Origin: Acidimicrobiia bacterium
GTDB taxonomy: Bacteria; Actinomycetota; Acidimicrobiia; IMCC26256; PALSA-555
Assembly: GCA_038904515.1 (NCBI GenBank)
Contig: JBCKKA010000003.1
Span: 1-59,683, forward strand
Reading direction: 5' to 3'
DNA length: 59,683 nt
The notes under the pieces are model-generated. The model was given only the letters and a program-made list of their open reading frames with translations, ran no database searches and was not told the DNA's origin. Shown one piece after another: positions 28,440 to 36,749 of the stretch; within the stretch, counting starts at the first letter, position 1, and every line of letters begins with the position of its first letter. A program made the translations under genes and the position numbers.

Positions 28440-28453
28440 ATTACCCCTCGTAA
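28379..28453 (-). pseudogene. relic 5-prime fragment of a hemolysin-III gene (direct repeat copy B)
   Basis: The minus-strand translation LRGVIHLAAAVSSVVGLVALVAVASA parallels the intact gene (LRGVIHLAAAVASVVGLIALVAVAST). It has no start context and is not continued. Confidence 0.75.
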
Positions 28454-28457
28454 AGAG

Positions 28458-30878
28458 TTACCAGCCCCACGGGTAATCGTCGTCAGGCCAATAGACCACT
28501 CCCGCTTTGCGCAAGTTTTCTTGGTCGGCGCCTGAAAATCCCAAGTCTTCAAGTATTTGGCGCGAGTGTTCACCCACTAGCGGAGCCGGTCCAAATATCT
28601 GCCCAGGAGTATCAGAAAAATTAATAGTGGATCCAAATTGACGCATGCGGCCAAGGCGACCGTGTTCGTAATCAGCCACTAAACCTAGGGCGACATTGTC
28701 GGAGTCGAAAAGGAACGACTGACCACCCAATGTGTCGACCGCGATTTCGTTAGGGACGCCCGCGTCGTCAAGAATACGCGACCAATTAAGTGCAGTTCGG
28801 GTTAGGAAAGCGGCTTCAAGAGTCGCCGTGAGCGAAGTGCGTTCGCCCTTATTGATTACTCCATCGTCTAGTTCTAACGCGCGACCAAGCGCAGTCCACT
28901 CTGCGTCAGTCACTGCACAAACTTGTAACCAACCTTCTTGAGTGGGATAGAGGCGATAATCCGGTCCAAACCCGTAGCCGTTAGCGTCAACTGTGGGTCG
29001 AGTCGATGGAGTGCCGTCGGGGTGAAGTAAAACATCCGATGCAAAAACCGCGCCGCCGTCCATAAGGCTGGTCCAGAGTTCCTGACCTTCTCCGGTACGG
29101 GATCGGTGAAATAGCGCAGTTAGAACTCCGACCACGCTCAACATGGCATTAGCCGTGTCACACATTCCGAAGCGGTAATAAAGGGGGTCGTGGCCGTGAG
29201 GAACGCCGCCGGCTTCAAATTCCAAACCGGCCGAGGCTTGGTACAGCGGATCGAGCCCACCGAAGTGGCCGAGAGGGTCTTCGAGTCCGTAGGCGTAGGT
29301 GTTGCAATAAATGATGTCAGATCTAACCGCGCGACAGGCCTGATAATCAATACCGATTCGGCTTGCGGTGCCCCGCGTCATGTTGTGGTGCACTACATCG
29401 GCGGTGCCAACTAAACGCAGCGCGATTTCTAGTCCCGCAGGGTCTTTAAGATTTAATGCGAGGTCGCGTTTGCCGCGTTGACAGCCAAGGAACGGGGTCG
29501 CAGCCATACGCATACCGTCGCCACTGACGGGTTCAATCTTGATTACATCCATGCCGAGGTCGGAAAGAATCATCGGGCCAAACGGACCCGCTAAGTATTG
29601 GCCAAAGTCGATAAGCCGTAAACCTTCTAACGCTTGGCGCGCGGGCGGAGTGGCGATGGTCATCGGAACAGTTCTGGGTTCGTTGCGAATAGCGGTTGTC
29701 GGCCGCGCGCTGGGAGTGGCAACTCCGATGCCGGCGAGCACCGAAATTTCTGCCGGCGAATATCCGAGTTCACCCCAAATACTTTCGTTGTCTTGACCAA
29801 TAGCGGGCTGCCCCGACTGAATTTCCCCAGGAGTTCCCAGCAAATGAATGGGAACCCCGATCTGCGTGGTGGCGCCAATCCCGATTTGTTCAACAGTGGC
29901 AACCATGTTGTTGGCTTTGAGTTGGGGATGTTCGAACTGTTCGGCCGGGCTAACTACGGGTTCAACCGCAATATTGTTAGCGCGCAGCTCCGCGACTAGG
30001 GCGGCGCGCTCACGATCACGGCACGCGGCCCGCAAGCGTTCGCTCATTAGTAATTGAATTTCAAGGGGAAGTAGTCCTTCGGTCTCTTCAGGCGCGGGGG
30101 GAGTTACCCCCAGTATTTCTTCGAGCGGTTTCATCGGCGGCAATCCACTCATGATCGAGACATGGATGAATTCTCGGTTGGCGCATTCAAAAATCATTCC
30201 TTGATGCACGCCCGGCGGATAAGTTTTAGCCATCAAGCCCAACAGATTGGCGTCGGCTTTTTCGATGTATTGATGTATTTGAGTGGTGTAAAGCATTGCT
30301 CCTTGCAACAAACTGGTGGCGACATGTTGACCGCGTCCCGTGGTCGCGCGCGCGATCAACGCGCTAACGATTCCAGTTGAGATTAAAAATATTGCCCCCA
30401 TACTCGGCATCGGCATTGGTAAAAAAGTTGGACCCGCCCGCCAGCCCGGTTGCTCCCACTGTTGTCCAGCAGCCGCTTGGACGAGCGCGTCGTACGCGGG
30501 GCGATGAGCATTACGATGACCAGCCGGCCAACCGGGAACCGATGCCAGTATTAATTTCGGATTAGCGGCACTCAAAGTTTCCCAACCGACACCGAGGCGC
30601 TCCATCACTCCTGGTCGAAACGATTCGACCACTACATCGGCGGTAGTCACCAATTTTAAAAATGCCGCCCGCCCTTCGTCGGACTGCAAGTCGCAAGTAA
30701 CCGAACGCCGAGATCGCGTCCAAACGGCATAGCCTTCGTACGATCGAAACGGATCGCCGCCGGGTGGCTCAACTTTTATTACGTCGGCACCTTGCTCAGC
30801 GAGTAGTAATACTCCTAGTGGTCCCGCACAGCCAGCAGTTAGGTCGAGTATGCGAACGCGATTGAGGGCAGTAGTCAC
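28458..30878 (-). CDS. tandem (duplicated) family III CoA-transferase (CaiB/BaiF type)
   Basis: Two complete modules are present. Module 1: RILDLTAGCAGPLGVLLLAEQGADVIKVEPPGGDPFR ... AYDALVQAAAG. Module 2: LRLIDFGQYLAGPFGPMILSDLGMDVIKIEPVSGDGMR ... GLDPLYQASAG. The likely start is the GTG at 30876-30878 after AAAGGA; the ORF-track TTG at 30923 is possible. Confidence 0.8.
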   Translation of the reverse strand: MTTALNRVRILDLTAGCAGPLGVLLLAEQGADVIKVEPPGGDPFRSYEGYAVWTRSRRSVTCDLQSDEGRAAFLKLVTTADVVVESFRPGVMERLGVGWETLSAANPKLILASVPGWPAGHRNAHRPAYDALVQAAAGQQWEQPGWRAGPTFLPMPMPSMGAIFLISTGIVSALIARATTGRGQHVATSLLQGAMLYTTQIHQYIEKADANLLGLMAKTYPPGVHQGMIFECANREFIHVSIMSGLPPMKPLEEILGVTPPAPEETEGLLPLEIQLLMSERLRAACRDRERAALVAELRANNIAVEPVVSPAEQFEHPQLKANNMVATVEQIGIGATTQIGVPIHLLGTPGEIQSGQPAIGQDNESIWGELGYSPAEISVLAGIGVATPSARPTTAIRNEPRTVPMTIATPPARQALEGLRLIDFGQYLAGPFGPMILSDLGMDVIKIEPVSGDGMRMAATPFLGCQRGKRDLALNLKDPAGLEIALRLVGTADVVHHNMTRGTASRIGIDYQACRAVRSDIIYCNTYAYGLEDPLGHFGGLDPLYQASAGLEFEAGGVPHGHDPLYYRFGMCDTANAMLSVVGVLTALFHRSRTGEGQELWTSLMDGGAVFASDVLLHPDGTPSTRPTVDANGYGFGPDYRLYPTQEGWLQVCAVTDAEWTALGRALELDDGVINKGERTSLTATLEAAFLTRTALNWSRILDDAGVPNEIAVDTLGGQSFLFDSDNVALGLVADYEHGRLGRMRQFGSTINFSDTPGQIFGPAPLVGEHSRQILEDLGFSGADQENLRKAGVVYWPDDDYPWGW

Positions 30879-30966
30879 AGTATCCTTTCGAGATATCGCA
30901 TCTTTGCACGAGTGCCCGACCAATGTCAGATCGCGCGGCCGAATCTTTGGTTTTTATGATTGATTA

Positions 30967-30996
30967 TTGCGGCTTCTCTCGGCGACATTGTAGAAT
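30967..30996 (+). promoter_or_regulatory. candidate sigma-70-type promoter TTGCGG-N18-TAGAAT, giving a leaderless or near-leaderless transcript
   Basis: The -10-like TAGAAT ends 7 nt before the GTG at 31003, and there is no Shine-Dalgarno in between. Leaderless mRNAs are common in Actinomycetota. This is pattern-based only. Confidence 0.3.
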
Positions 30997-31002
30997 GAAT
31001 AA

Positions 31003-31932
31003 GTGGCACAAAAACGAGCAAAAAAAACGGCCGTCAAGAAGGCCGTCAAGAAGACCGCCAAGAAAGTGGCGAAAAAGCCGGTCAAGCGGGTAGTAAAAAA
31101 GCCGGCCGCTAAAAAAGTCACGGCTCGTAAATCAACGGTTAAAAAAGGTTCGGCCCGTTCAACTTTGCGTCCGGGCGGCGTCGCTCGAGCGTTAACCGCG
31201 CCGCTCGCTTCTCCTCGTTTTGTTCCGCCGCCATCATGGAATACCGCGGGCAAGTCGGCCGCGGTTTCGCCGTTCCCGCCGGAACCGATTAAACGGCCGG
31301 CACCGACTATGGCCACCCGCCCGTTGCGCCCGTTAGTTAGTCCACCGTCTCCCATTTCGTCTCCACCCCGATCCCCCCGTCCAACGCAAATCTCGCCGTC
31401 ACCGTTTAGCGCGTCAATAGCCCCACCGATCTCACCAACCCCACCAGTTGATTCGCCTCCACCAAAACCCTTTCCCAAAAGCGAAATTGCTGATGCCGCG
31501 GCAGCTGAGCCAAAAATTGTTACTCCGGTATCCGAGTCACGATCAGAACGCCGTCGTAACAATACGAGCGAAAATGCATTCCTAAAACGAATGAGCGAGC
31601 GCTCGATTCCGCTGGGTGCATTCGTTGTTGCTGTCGGCGTGGCGTTGGTTCTGTTGATTATCGCCTTGACCTCGGGAGGAGGAGCCGGAGGAATTTTAGG
31701 CGGAAGTTTAGATAGTTCTTCGGCGATTTCGGCTCCGGAGATCAAGAAACTCGCCACTCAGATGAAGACCTGTGACGAAACTATCGGTGTAATCCAAGGG
31801 TTAGCTAAGCGGTCGGCCACGGCCGGCGGTTCGGCCACGGCCGATGAGCTGCTGGCGGCTGATACTCGCCTCGAAGCGACTTGCGCTCAATTGCGCTCAA
31901 CGATCGAACGGCTTTCCGCTAATAGCGGCTGA
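31003..31932 (+). CDS. membrane-anchored protein with a histone-H1-like Lys/Ala-rich N-terminus and a Pro-rich linker
   Basis: The N-terminus is AQKRAKKTAVKKAVKKTAKKVAKKPVKRVVKKPAAKK. A Pro/Ser-rich stretch of about 100 aa follows, then one TM helix (IPLGAFVVAVGVALVLLIIALT) and an 80-aa C-terminal domain. The antisense ORF 30954..31757 is judged an artefact. Confidence 0.5.
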   Translation: MAQKRAKKTAVKKAVKKTAKKVAKKPVKRVVKKPAAKKVTARKSTVKKGSARSTLRPGGVARALTAPLASPRFVPPPSWNTAGKSAAVSPFPPEPIKRPAPTMATRPLRPLVSPPSPISSPPRSPRPTQISPSPFSASIAPPISPTPPVDSPPPKPFPKSEIADAAAAEPKIVTPVSESRSERRRNNTSENAFLKRMSERSIPLGAFVVAVGVALVLLIIALTSGGGAGGILGGSLDSSSAISAPEIKKLATQMKTCDETIGVIQGLAKRSATAGGSATADELLAADTRLEATCAQLRSTIERLSANSG

Positions 31933-32058
31933 GGTTGAAAAGCGGTTGCGGCCGGACGACTTGTCGGCACTCCCGCTCCACTCGATGCGCTAGCGTCATG
32001 GTCGCATAAGCCCGCCAGTAGGCTGCGGGAGTAAATCAATCTTTACCGGGAGGCAATA

Positions 32059-33507
32059 ATGAACGAGCACGACAAGCTTTTTATCGGCGGCGAATGGGTT
32101 GCACCGGAAGGCAAAGGCGTAATTGAAGTAATTTCACCTCACACCGAAGAAGTGATCGGCACTGTTCCCAACGCGTCAACTGCTGACATTGATAAAGCAA
32201 TTGCGGCGGCTCGTAACGCATTCGACAATGGACCGTGGTCGCAAATGACACCGGCGGAACGAGGCGAAGGTATCAAGCGACTTTCGGCGGCGTTGAGTTC
32301 GCGTGCACAAGACATCGCCGACCTCATCTCGGCTCAGAATGGATCACCCAAGTCGTGGTCAATTATGGGTCAAGTTTTTTCGGCCACCATGGTGCTTGAC
32401 ACTTACGCCAGTCTTGCTTCCGGATTTCCGTTTGAAGAAGAGCGCACGGGCGCATTGGGTTCACCGGTGCGCGTGCGGCGTGCTCCGGTCGGCGTAGCGG
32501 TCGGAATAATCCCTTGGAATGTTCCGCTGTTTATCTGCGCCCTTAAACTGGGTCCGGCTATGGCCGCGGGATGTCCGATCGTGTTGAAACCGGCTCCCGA
32601 AACTCCGCTCGACGCCTACTTGTTGGCTGAAGCAGTGATTGAAGCCGATCTTCCGCCCGGCGTAGTCAATATTGTGGCGGCCGGTCGCGAAGTTAGTGAA
32701 CATATTCTCACTCACCCCAGTGTCGACAAAGTGAGCTTCACGGGTTCAACGGCAGTCGGTCGTCACATCGGCGCAGTCTGCGGCGGGTTACTCAAACGAG
32801 TAACTCTTGAGCTCGGCGGCAAGTCGGCGGCCATTGTGCTTGATGATGCAAATCTCGACGAAGCCACGCTGGGCAATTTGGTGATGTCGGGAGTTATGAA
32901 TAATGGGCAAGTTTGTGGCGCCCAGAGCCGTATTTTAGTTAGCCGTAAGCGCTACGACGAAGTTGTCGAGGCGCTTGGCGCCACAGTTGGCGCGCTCAAA
33001 GTTGGTGACCCACTCGATGCCGAAAGCGAGATCGGACCACTAGTGACTGAGCGTCAGCGTGATCGGGTAGTTGGTTTTCTTGAAGCCGGTGTGGCGGAAG
33101 GAGCGCGCGTCGTAACTGGCGGTGGCACTCCCGCCGACCTTGATAAAGGTTGGTATATAGAACCGACGGTATTCGCCGATGTAAATAACGAGATGAAGAT
33201 TGCCCGCGAAGAAATCTTTGGTCCGGTGCTTTCAGTAATTCCCTTCGATGACGAAGCCCAAGCGATCAAGATCGCCAATGATTCTGATTACGGATTGTGT
33301 GGTTCGGTCTGGACCACCGACGCCGAACACGGCGCGGCAGTTGCGGCCCAAATTCGCACCGGAGTAGTAGCGATTAACTCGGCGATGATTCTCGACTTCA
33401 ATGCTCCGTTCGGTGGGTTTAAGCAGTCGGGTATTGGTCGTGAACTCGGTCCCGAGGGAATTGGTCCGTACACCGAGTATCAGACCATCATCATGCCGGC
33501 CTCCTAG
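32059..33507 (+). CDS. NAD(P)-dependent aldehyde dehydrogenase
   Basis: Motifs seen: ELGGKSAAIV (catalytic Glu), NNGQVCGAQSR (catalytic Cys) and FTGSTAVG. GGGAGG lies upstream of the ATG. Confidence 0.9.
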   Translation: MNEHDKLFIGGEWVAPEGKGVIEVISPHTEEVIGTVPNASTADIDKAIAAARNAFDNGPWSQMTPAERGEGIKRLSAALSSRAQDIADLISAQNGSPKSWSIMGQVFSATMVLDTYASLASGFPFEEERTGALGSPVRVRRAPVGVAVGIIPWNVPLFICALKLGPAMAAGCPIVLKPAPETPLDAYLLAEAVIEADLPPGVVNIVAAGREVSEHILTHPSVDKVSFTGSTAVGRHIGAVCGGLLKRVTLELGGKSAAIVLDDANLDEATLGNLVMSGVMNNGQVCGAQSRILVSRKRYDEVVEALGATVGALKVGDPLDAESEIGPLVTERQRDRVVGFLEAGVAEGARVVTGGGTPADLDKGWYIEPTVFADVNNEMKIAREEIFGPVLSVIPFDDEAQAIKIANDSDYGLCGSVWTTDAEHGAAVAAQIRTGVVAINSAMILDFNAPFGGFKQSGIGRELGPEGIGPYTEYQTIIMPAS

Positions 33508-33615
33508 ATCACATCTATCGAACTGGCTATACGATTACTAAAGCAAGATTTCTGGAGTTGCTTACACCGGCAGGAGTGGCAGCACAAAGGCTGAGTTTGA
33601 CCGTTTGTGCACAGC

Positions 33616-33667
33616 AAGAGTAAGAGTAAGAGTAATTAAATAACTATTAAATAACTATTATATAACT
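33616..33667. repeat. two adjacent micro-tandem repeats: AAGAGT x3 and ATTAAATAACT x3 (third copy degenerate)
   Basis: Read directly from the sequence. The repeats end 12 nt before the 33680 start codon. Confidence 0.8.
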
Positions 33668-33679
33668 GGGGAGGGCATT

Positions 33680-34117
33680 ATGAAACGCAATGCACTGATT
33701 ATCGTCGCAACCGCACTGCTGTTATCAGCAGTAATGGCGGCCCCGGCGGGAGCCTTAAGCGCCAAAGATTGGCGCAAGCAGGCCGACAACATTTGTACCC
33801 AGAGTCTCACTCTTGTTTCGGCTGATGCCGAGACAGTTACGACCGATGCCACCACTAATAGGCCCAGCGCCGCCGATTTTTCTGATTTTATGGTGAACGC
33901 GGTAAAACCTAATTATCAACAAGTGATTACATCAATCAAAGCCCTCCCCGCACCGAAGGCACTGAAGGCCAAAATAAAGAAACTATTGACGGCCATGACT
34001 AAGGTGAATAATGGCATCAACGCCAATATCACTGAAGCCAGCGCGGACAAGTTATTTGCTTCTGTGGGAAAACCGGCGAAGTCGCTAGGGCTTAAGGTCT
34101 GCAGCGCTGGGCTCTAG
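33680..34117 (+). CDS. small secreted protein, function unknown
   Basis: It has a signal-peptide-like N-terminus (MKRNALIIVATALLLSAVMAAPAGA). GGGGAGGG lies upstream. Confidence 0.55.
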   Translation: MKRNALIIVATALLLSAVMAAPAGALSAKDWRKQADNICTQSLTLVSADAETVTTDATTNRPSAADFSDFMVNAVKPNYQQVITSIKALPAPKALKAKIKKLLTAMTKVNNGINANITEASADKLFASVGKPAKSLGLKVCSAGL

Positions 34118-34120
34118 CTG

Positions 34121-35101
34121 ATGCCCGCGCTAACGGCGGTTCGGTTTAATTGCGTTCAACCAGGAATTGAACCGACCGCCATGGCGGCGCGCTACCAGGC
34201 GTTCGTCGAGATGGCTAAGTATGCCGATGGCTGTGGCGTACCCATGCTCACACTTGAAGAACATCACGGATCCGACGATGGCTGGAGTCCCGCCCCTTTA
34301 ACAATGGCGGGATTAGTTTTTGGTGGTACTAAAAATATCGGCGTATCGATATCGGCACTGCTGGCACCATTGCACGATCCACTACGCATTGCCGAAGACA
34401 TTGCCGTACTCGATTTAGCTAGTGGCGGGCGACTGACCGTTATCGTCGGATTGGGTTACCGGCCCGAAGAGTACGCCGCGCACGGTAAAGACTGGTCGAA
34501 GCGAGGCGCGTTGATGGACGAATGTCTCGACGCAATGCTGGCAGCTTGGACAGGAGAACCATTCGAATATCGAGGCACAACCGTAAGAGTTACTCCTCGT
34601 CCATTAACTCAACCCCATCCCATGCTTTTAGTTGGTGGCACCAGTAAGCCTGCGGCGCGCCGAGCAGCTCGGCACGGTTTGCCGATGTTTCTGGCCGCGC
34701 ATCTTCCCGAGTTAGAGGCGTACTACTACGAAAAGTGCGCCGAATACGGAACGCAAGGCTTTTGTCTTATGCCTTCGCCAACTACCGCGATGGTGCATGT
34801 AGCCGAAGATCCCGATAGGGCGTGGGCCAACTTGGGTAAATATTTCCTGCACGAAGCCACCACCTACTCGAAGTGGCAAACTCCCGATATCGCGTCGGCG
34901 GTTCACAGCCATGCTGATTCCATAGAGAAACTGCGATCTGAGGGTATCTACCAAGTGTTAACTCCCGACGAAGCGTTAGCGGCGGCGACAACGAACGGCG
35001 CGATTAATTTGCATCCCTTGGTTGGAGGCATGTCAGTTGAGGAAGGTTGGAATAGCCTCCGGCTTTATTGCGAACAAGTTTTACCGCGACTTTCCAATTA
35101 A
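34121..35101 (+). CDS. LLM-class (luciferase-like) flavin/F420-dependent oxidoreductase
   Basis: The overall LLM pattern is present (LEEHHGSDDGW, LLAPLHDPLRIAEDIAVLDLASGGRL, GLGYRPEEY). Confidence 0.75.
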   Translation: MPALTAVRFNCVQPGIEPTAMAARYQAFVEMAKYADGCGVPMLTLEEHHGSDDGWSPAPLTMAGLVFGGTKNIGVSISALLAPLHDPLRIAEDIAVLDLASGGRLTVIVGLGYRPEEYAAHGKDWSKRGALMDECLDAMLAAWTGEPFEYRGTTVRVTPRPLTQPHPMLLVGGTSKPAARRAARHGLPMFLAAHLPELEAYYYEKCAEYGTQGFCLMPSPTTAMVHVAEDPDRAWANLGKYFLHEATTYSKWQTPDIASAVHSHADSIEKLRSEGIYQVLTPDEALAAATTNGAINLHPLVGGMSVEEGWNSLRLYCEQVLPRLSN

Positions 35102-35118
35102 GAACCGGCCGGTACTGC

Positions 35119-36363
35119 ATGATTGATGACGATCCGACCTACCGAGTCGAAGAGTTAGGCCAAGCTATTAAAGGCGCGCTGATTGAGTCGTTCCCGCCAA
35201 TGGTTTGGGTACGGGGTGAAATTTCTCAGTTTCGAATCCCTAACGGCCGTCATGCTTATTTTGACTTAGTAGAGAAAACTAAAACTGGTAGTCAGCCCTC
35301 CGCCAAACTCGGCGTGGTGTTATGGGAAAGAAAGCGCGTTGCCCTGCAAAAGATTTTAGCCGATTCCGATCTTGAATTAAACGAAGGTATCGAAGTAAGG
35401 ATTCGAGTTCGTATCGATTTTTACCCGCCCCACGGAAAACTCCAATTATCGATGGAAGACATCGACCCCGTATTTAACGTTGGAAAACTCGCGGCCGATC
35501 GAGCGCGCGTTCTTGCGGCATTGCAAGAAGAAGGACTGTTAGATAAACAGTCGCTACTAACCATTCCTATGGTGCCGCTACGCATTGGCTTAGTGACTAG
35601 TAACGACAGCGCGGCTTATCACGATTTTATTGAAGGCATCAAAGGTAGCGGCTACGCATTTTCGGTGGCATTGGCCAATACTTCAGTGCAAGGAGCCGAC
35701 GCACCAGCACAAATAGTTGCCGCGTTAGGTGTGGCCGCACAAACAAATCCGGACGTAATCGCGGTCGTGCGCGGGGGCGGATCTAAGACTGATCTGGCAG
35801 CATTTGATACTGAAGTAGTAGCTCGGGCGATTGCCGCGCTCGCTATACCAGTTTTTACTGGAGTAGGTCATGAAATAGATCATTCCGTTGCTGACGAAGT
35901 TGCCCATACCGCATTTAAAACTCCGACCGCGGTTGCTAGTCGATTAGTGGAAATGGTAGGAGATTTTGCCGCCGATATTTCTCGTATTGGTGAACGAATT
36001 TTGGCGAGCGCGCAAGGTGTGTGCATAGACGCCAACGCCGATTTGGCTGACGCGGTTAGACGGATCAGCCGTGGAGTCCCGCAAAGTCTGTTACGCGAGC
36101 AACAGAGTCTTGATGAATACCAACGCCGAGTCCTAGATTCGGTCCGCCGCGGGATTAAGGATTCAGGATTGCGGATTGGAAATCTTGGCGACCGGCTGCG
36201 CGCCCTCGACCCTCGCCGAGTTTTAGAACGGGGTTATTCGATCACTCGCACGGAGGATGGTCGAGTAGTGCGCCGATTGGCCGACGCTCCGCTCGGTGCT
36301 CTCGTAGTAACTGAAGTTGTCGACGGCGAGGTGCGGAGTCGAGTCGAAGCCGACCAGAAATAA
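35119..36363 (+). CDS. xseA: exodeoxyribonuclease VII large subunit
   Basis: It has an N-terminal OB-fold region (VWVRGEISQF...GHAYFDL) and VVRGGGSKTDLAAFD. I trimmed to the ATG at 35119. It is followed by xseB. Confidence 0.9.
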   Translation: MIDDDPTYRVEELGQAIKGALIESFPPMVWVRGEISQFRIPNGRHAYFDLVEKTKTGSQPSAKLGVVLWERKRVALQKILADSDLELNEGIEVRIRVRIDFYPPHGKLQLSMEDIDPVFNVGKLAADRARVLAALQEEGLLDKQSLLTIPMVPLRIGLVTSNDSAAYHDFIEGIKGSGYAFSVALANTSVQGADAPAQIVAALGVAAQTNPDVIAVVRGGGSKTDLAAFDTEVVARAIAALAIPVFTGVGHEIDHSVADEVAHTAFKTPTAVASRLVEMVGDFAADISRIGERILASAQGVCIDANADLADAVRRISRGVPQSLLREQQSLDEYQRRVLDSVRRGIKDSGLRIGNLGDRLRALDPRRVLERGYSITRTEDGRVVRRLADAPLGALVVTEVVDGEVRSRVEADQK

Positions 36364-36390
36364 GCCCAGAAATAAGCCCAGAAATAAGGA
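36355..36390. repeat. 12-bp tandem repeat CAGAAATAAGCC x2 plus CAGAAATAAGGA
   Basis: Read directly from the sequence. The first unit contains the xseA stop codon. The last unit runs into the xseB Shine-Dalgarno (AAGGAGG). Confidence 0.85.
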
Positions 36391-36396
36391 GGAATA

Positions 36397-36651
36397 ATGG
36401 TTAAAAAGACCCTTGGCTACGCCGAAGCGTTAGTTGAATTAGAAGAAATTTTAGAACAACTCGAAGGCGACGACCTCGATGTCGACGGGCTGGCCGACCT
36501 AGTTCGCCGAGCCAGCGAATTGCTAACCACTTGTCGAGCCAGTATCACTCGCGCGCAAGCCGATGTCGACCGTATCGTCGAAGAACTCGACGAACTCGAA
36601 GCCGACCCAGATGATGATCCGGATGACGACCCGGAAGACGAGGGGAAGTGA
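36397..36651 (+). CDS. xseB: exodeoxyribonuclease VII small subunit, with an acidic DPDDD-repeat tail
   Basis: The helical-hairpin region is typical (YAEALVELEEILEQLEGDDLDVDGLADLVRRASEL). It lies immediately after xseA. Confidence 0.85.
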   Translation: MVKKTLGYAEALVELEEILEQLEGDDLDVDGLADLVRRASELLTTCRASITRAQADVDRIVEELDELEADPDDDPDDDPEDEGK

Positions 36652-36670
36652 GTATCCCGTTAGCTAGGGG

Positions 36671-36722
36671 CTCAGACTTCTAGTCTCAGACTTAATAATC
36701 TCAGACTTGTAATCCCAGACTT
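36671..36722. repeat. four phased copies of CTCAGACTT (fourth is CCCAGACTT), spaced 14-15 bp
   Basis: Copies start at 36671, 36685, 36700 and 36714. They lie in the intergenic region between xseB and the FGGY kinase. Confidence 0.8.
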
Positions 36723-36749
36723 ATAATTTAGGCAAAAGCGGAAAGGGCG

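Noticed and set aside
27740-28573. Minus-strand ORFs 27740..28159 (139 aa), 27819..28373 (184 aa) and 28268..28573 (101 aa).
   Set aside because: These are the long spurious antisense frames expected in DNA of about 70 % GC. The plus strand carries an unmistakable SAM-MTase motif I. The only meaningful part, 28379-28453, is reported as a hemolysin-III relic.
30954-31757. A 267-aa minus-strand ORF opposite the Lys-rich membrane protein gene.
   Set aside because: Its C-terminus (FLAAGFFTTRLTGFFATFLAVFLTAFLTAVFFARF) is simply the antisense reading of AAG/AAA-rich repeats. Its Gly-rich middle is the antisense of CCN proline codons. The plus-strand frame has a coherent architecture and a promoter-like element. 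I cannot fully exclude this ORF without expression data.
35068-35118. A 17-codon N-terminal extension of xseA that overlaps the LLM oxidoreductase gene.
   Set aside because: An internal ATG at 35119 gives an N-terminus typical of XseA and removes the overlap.
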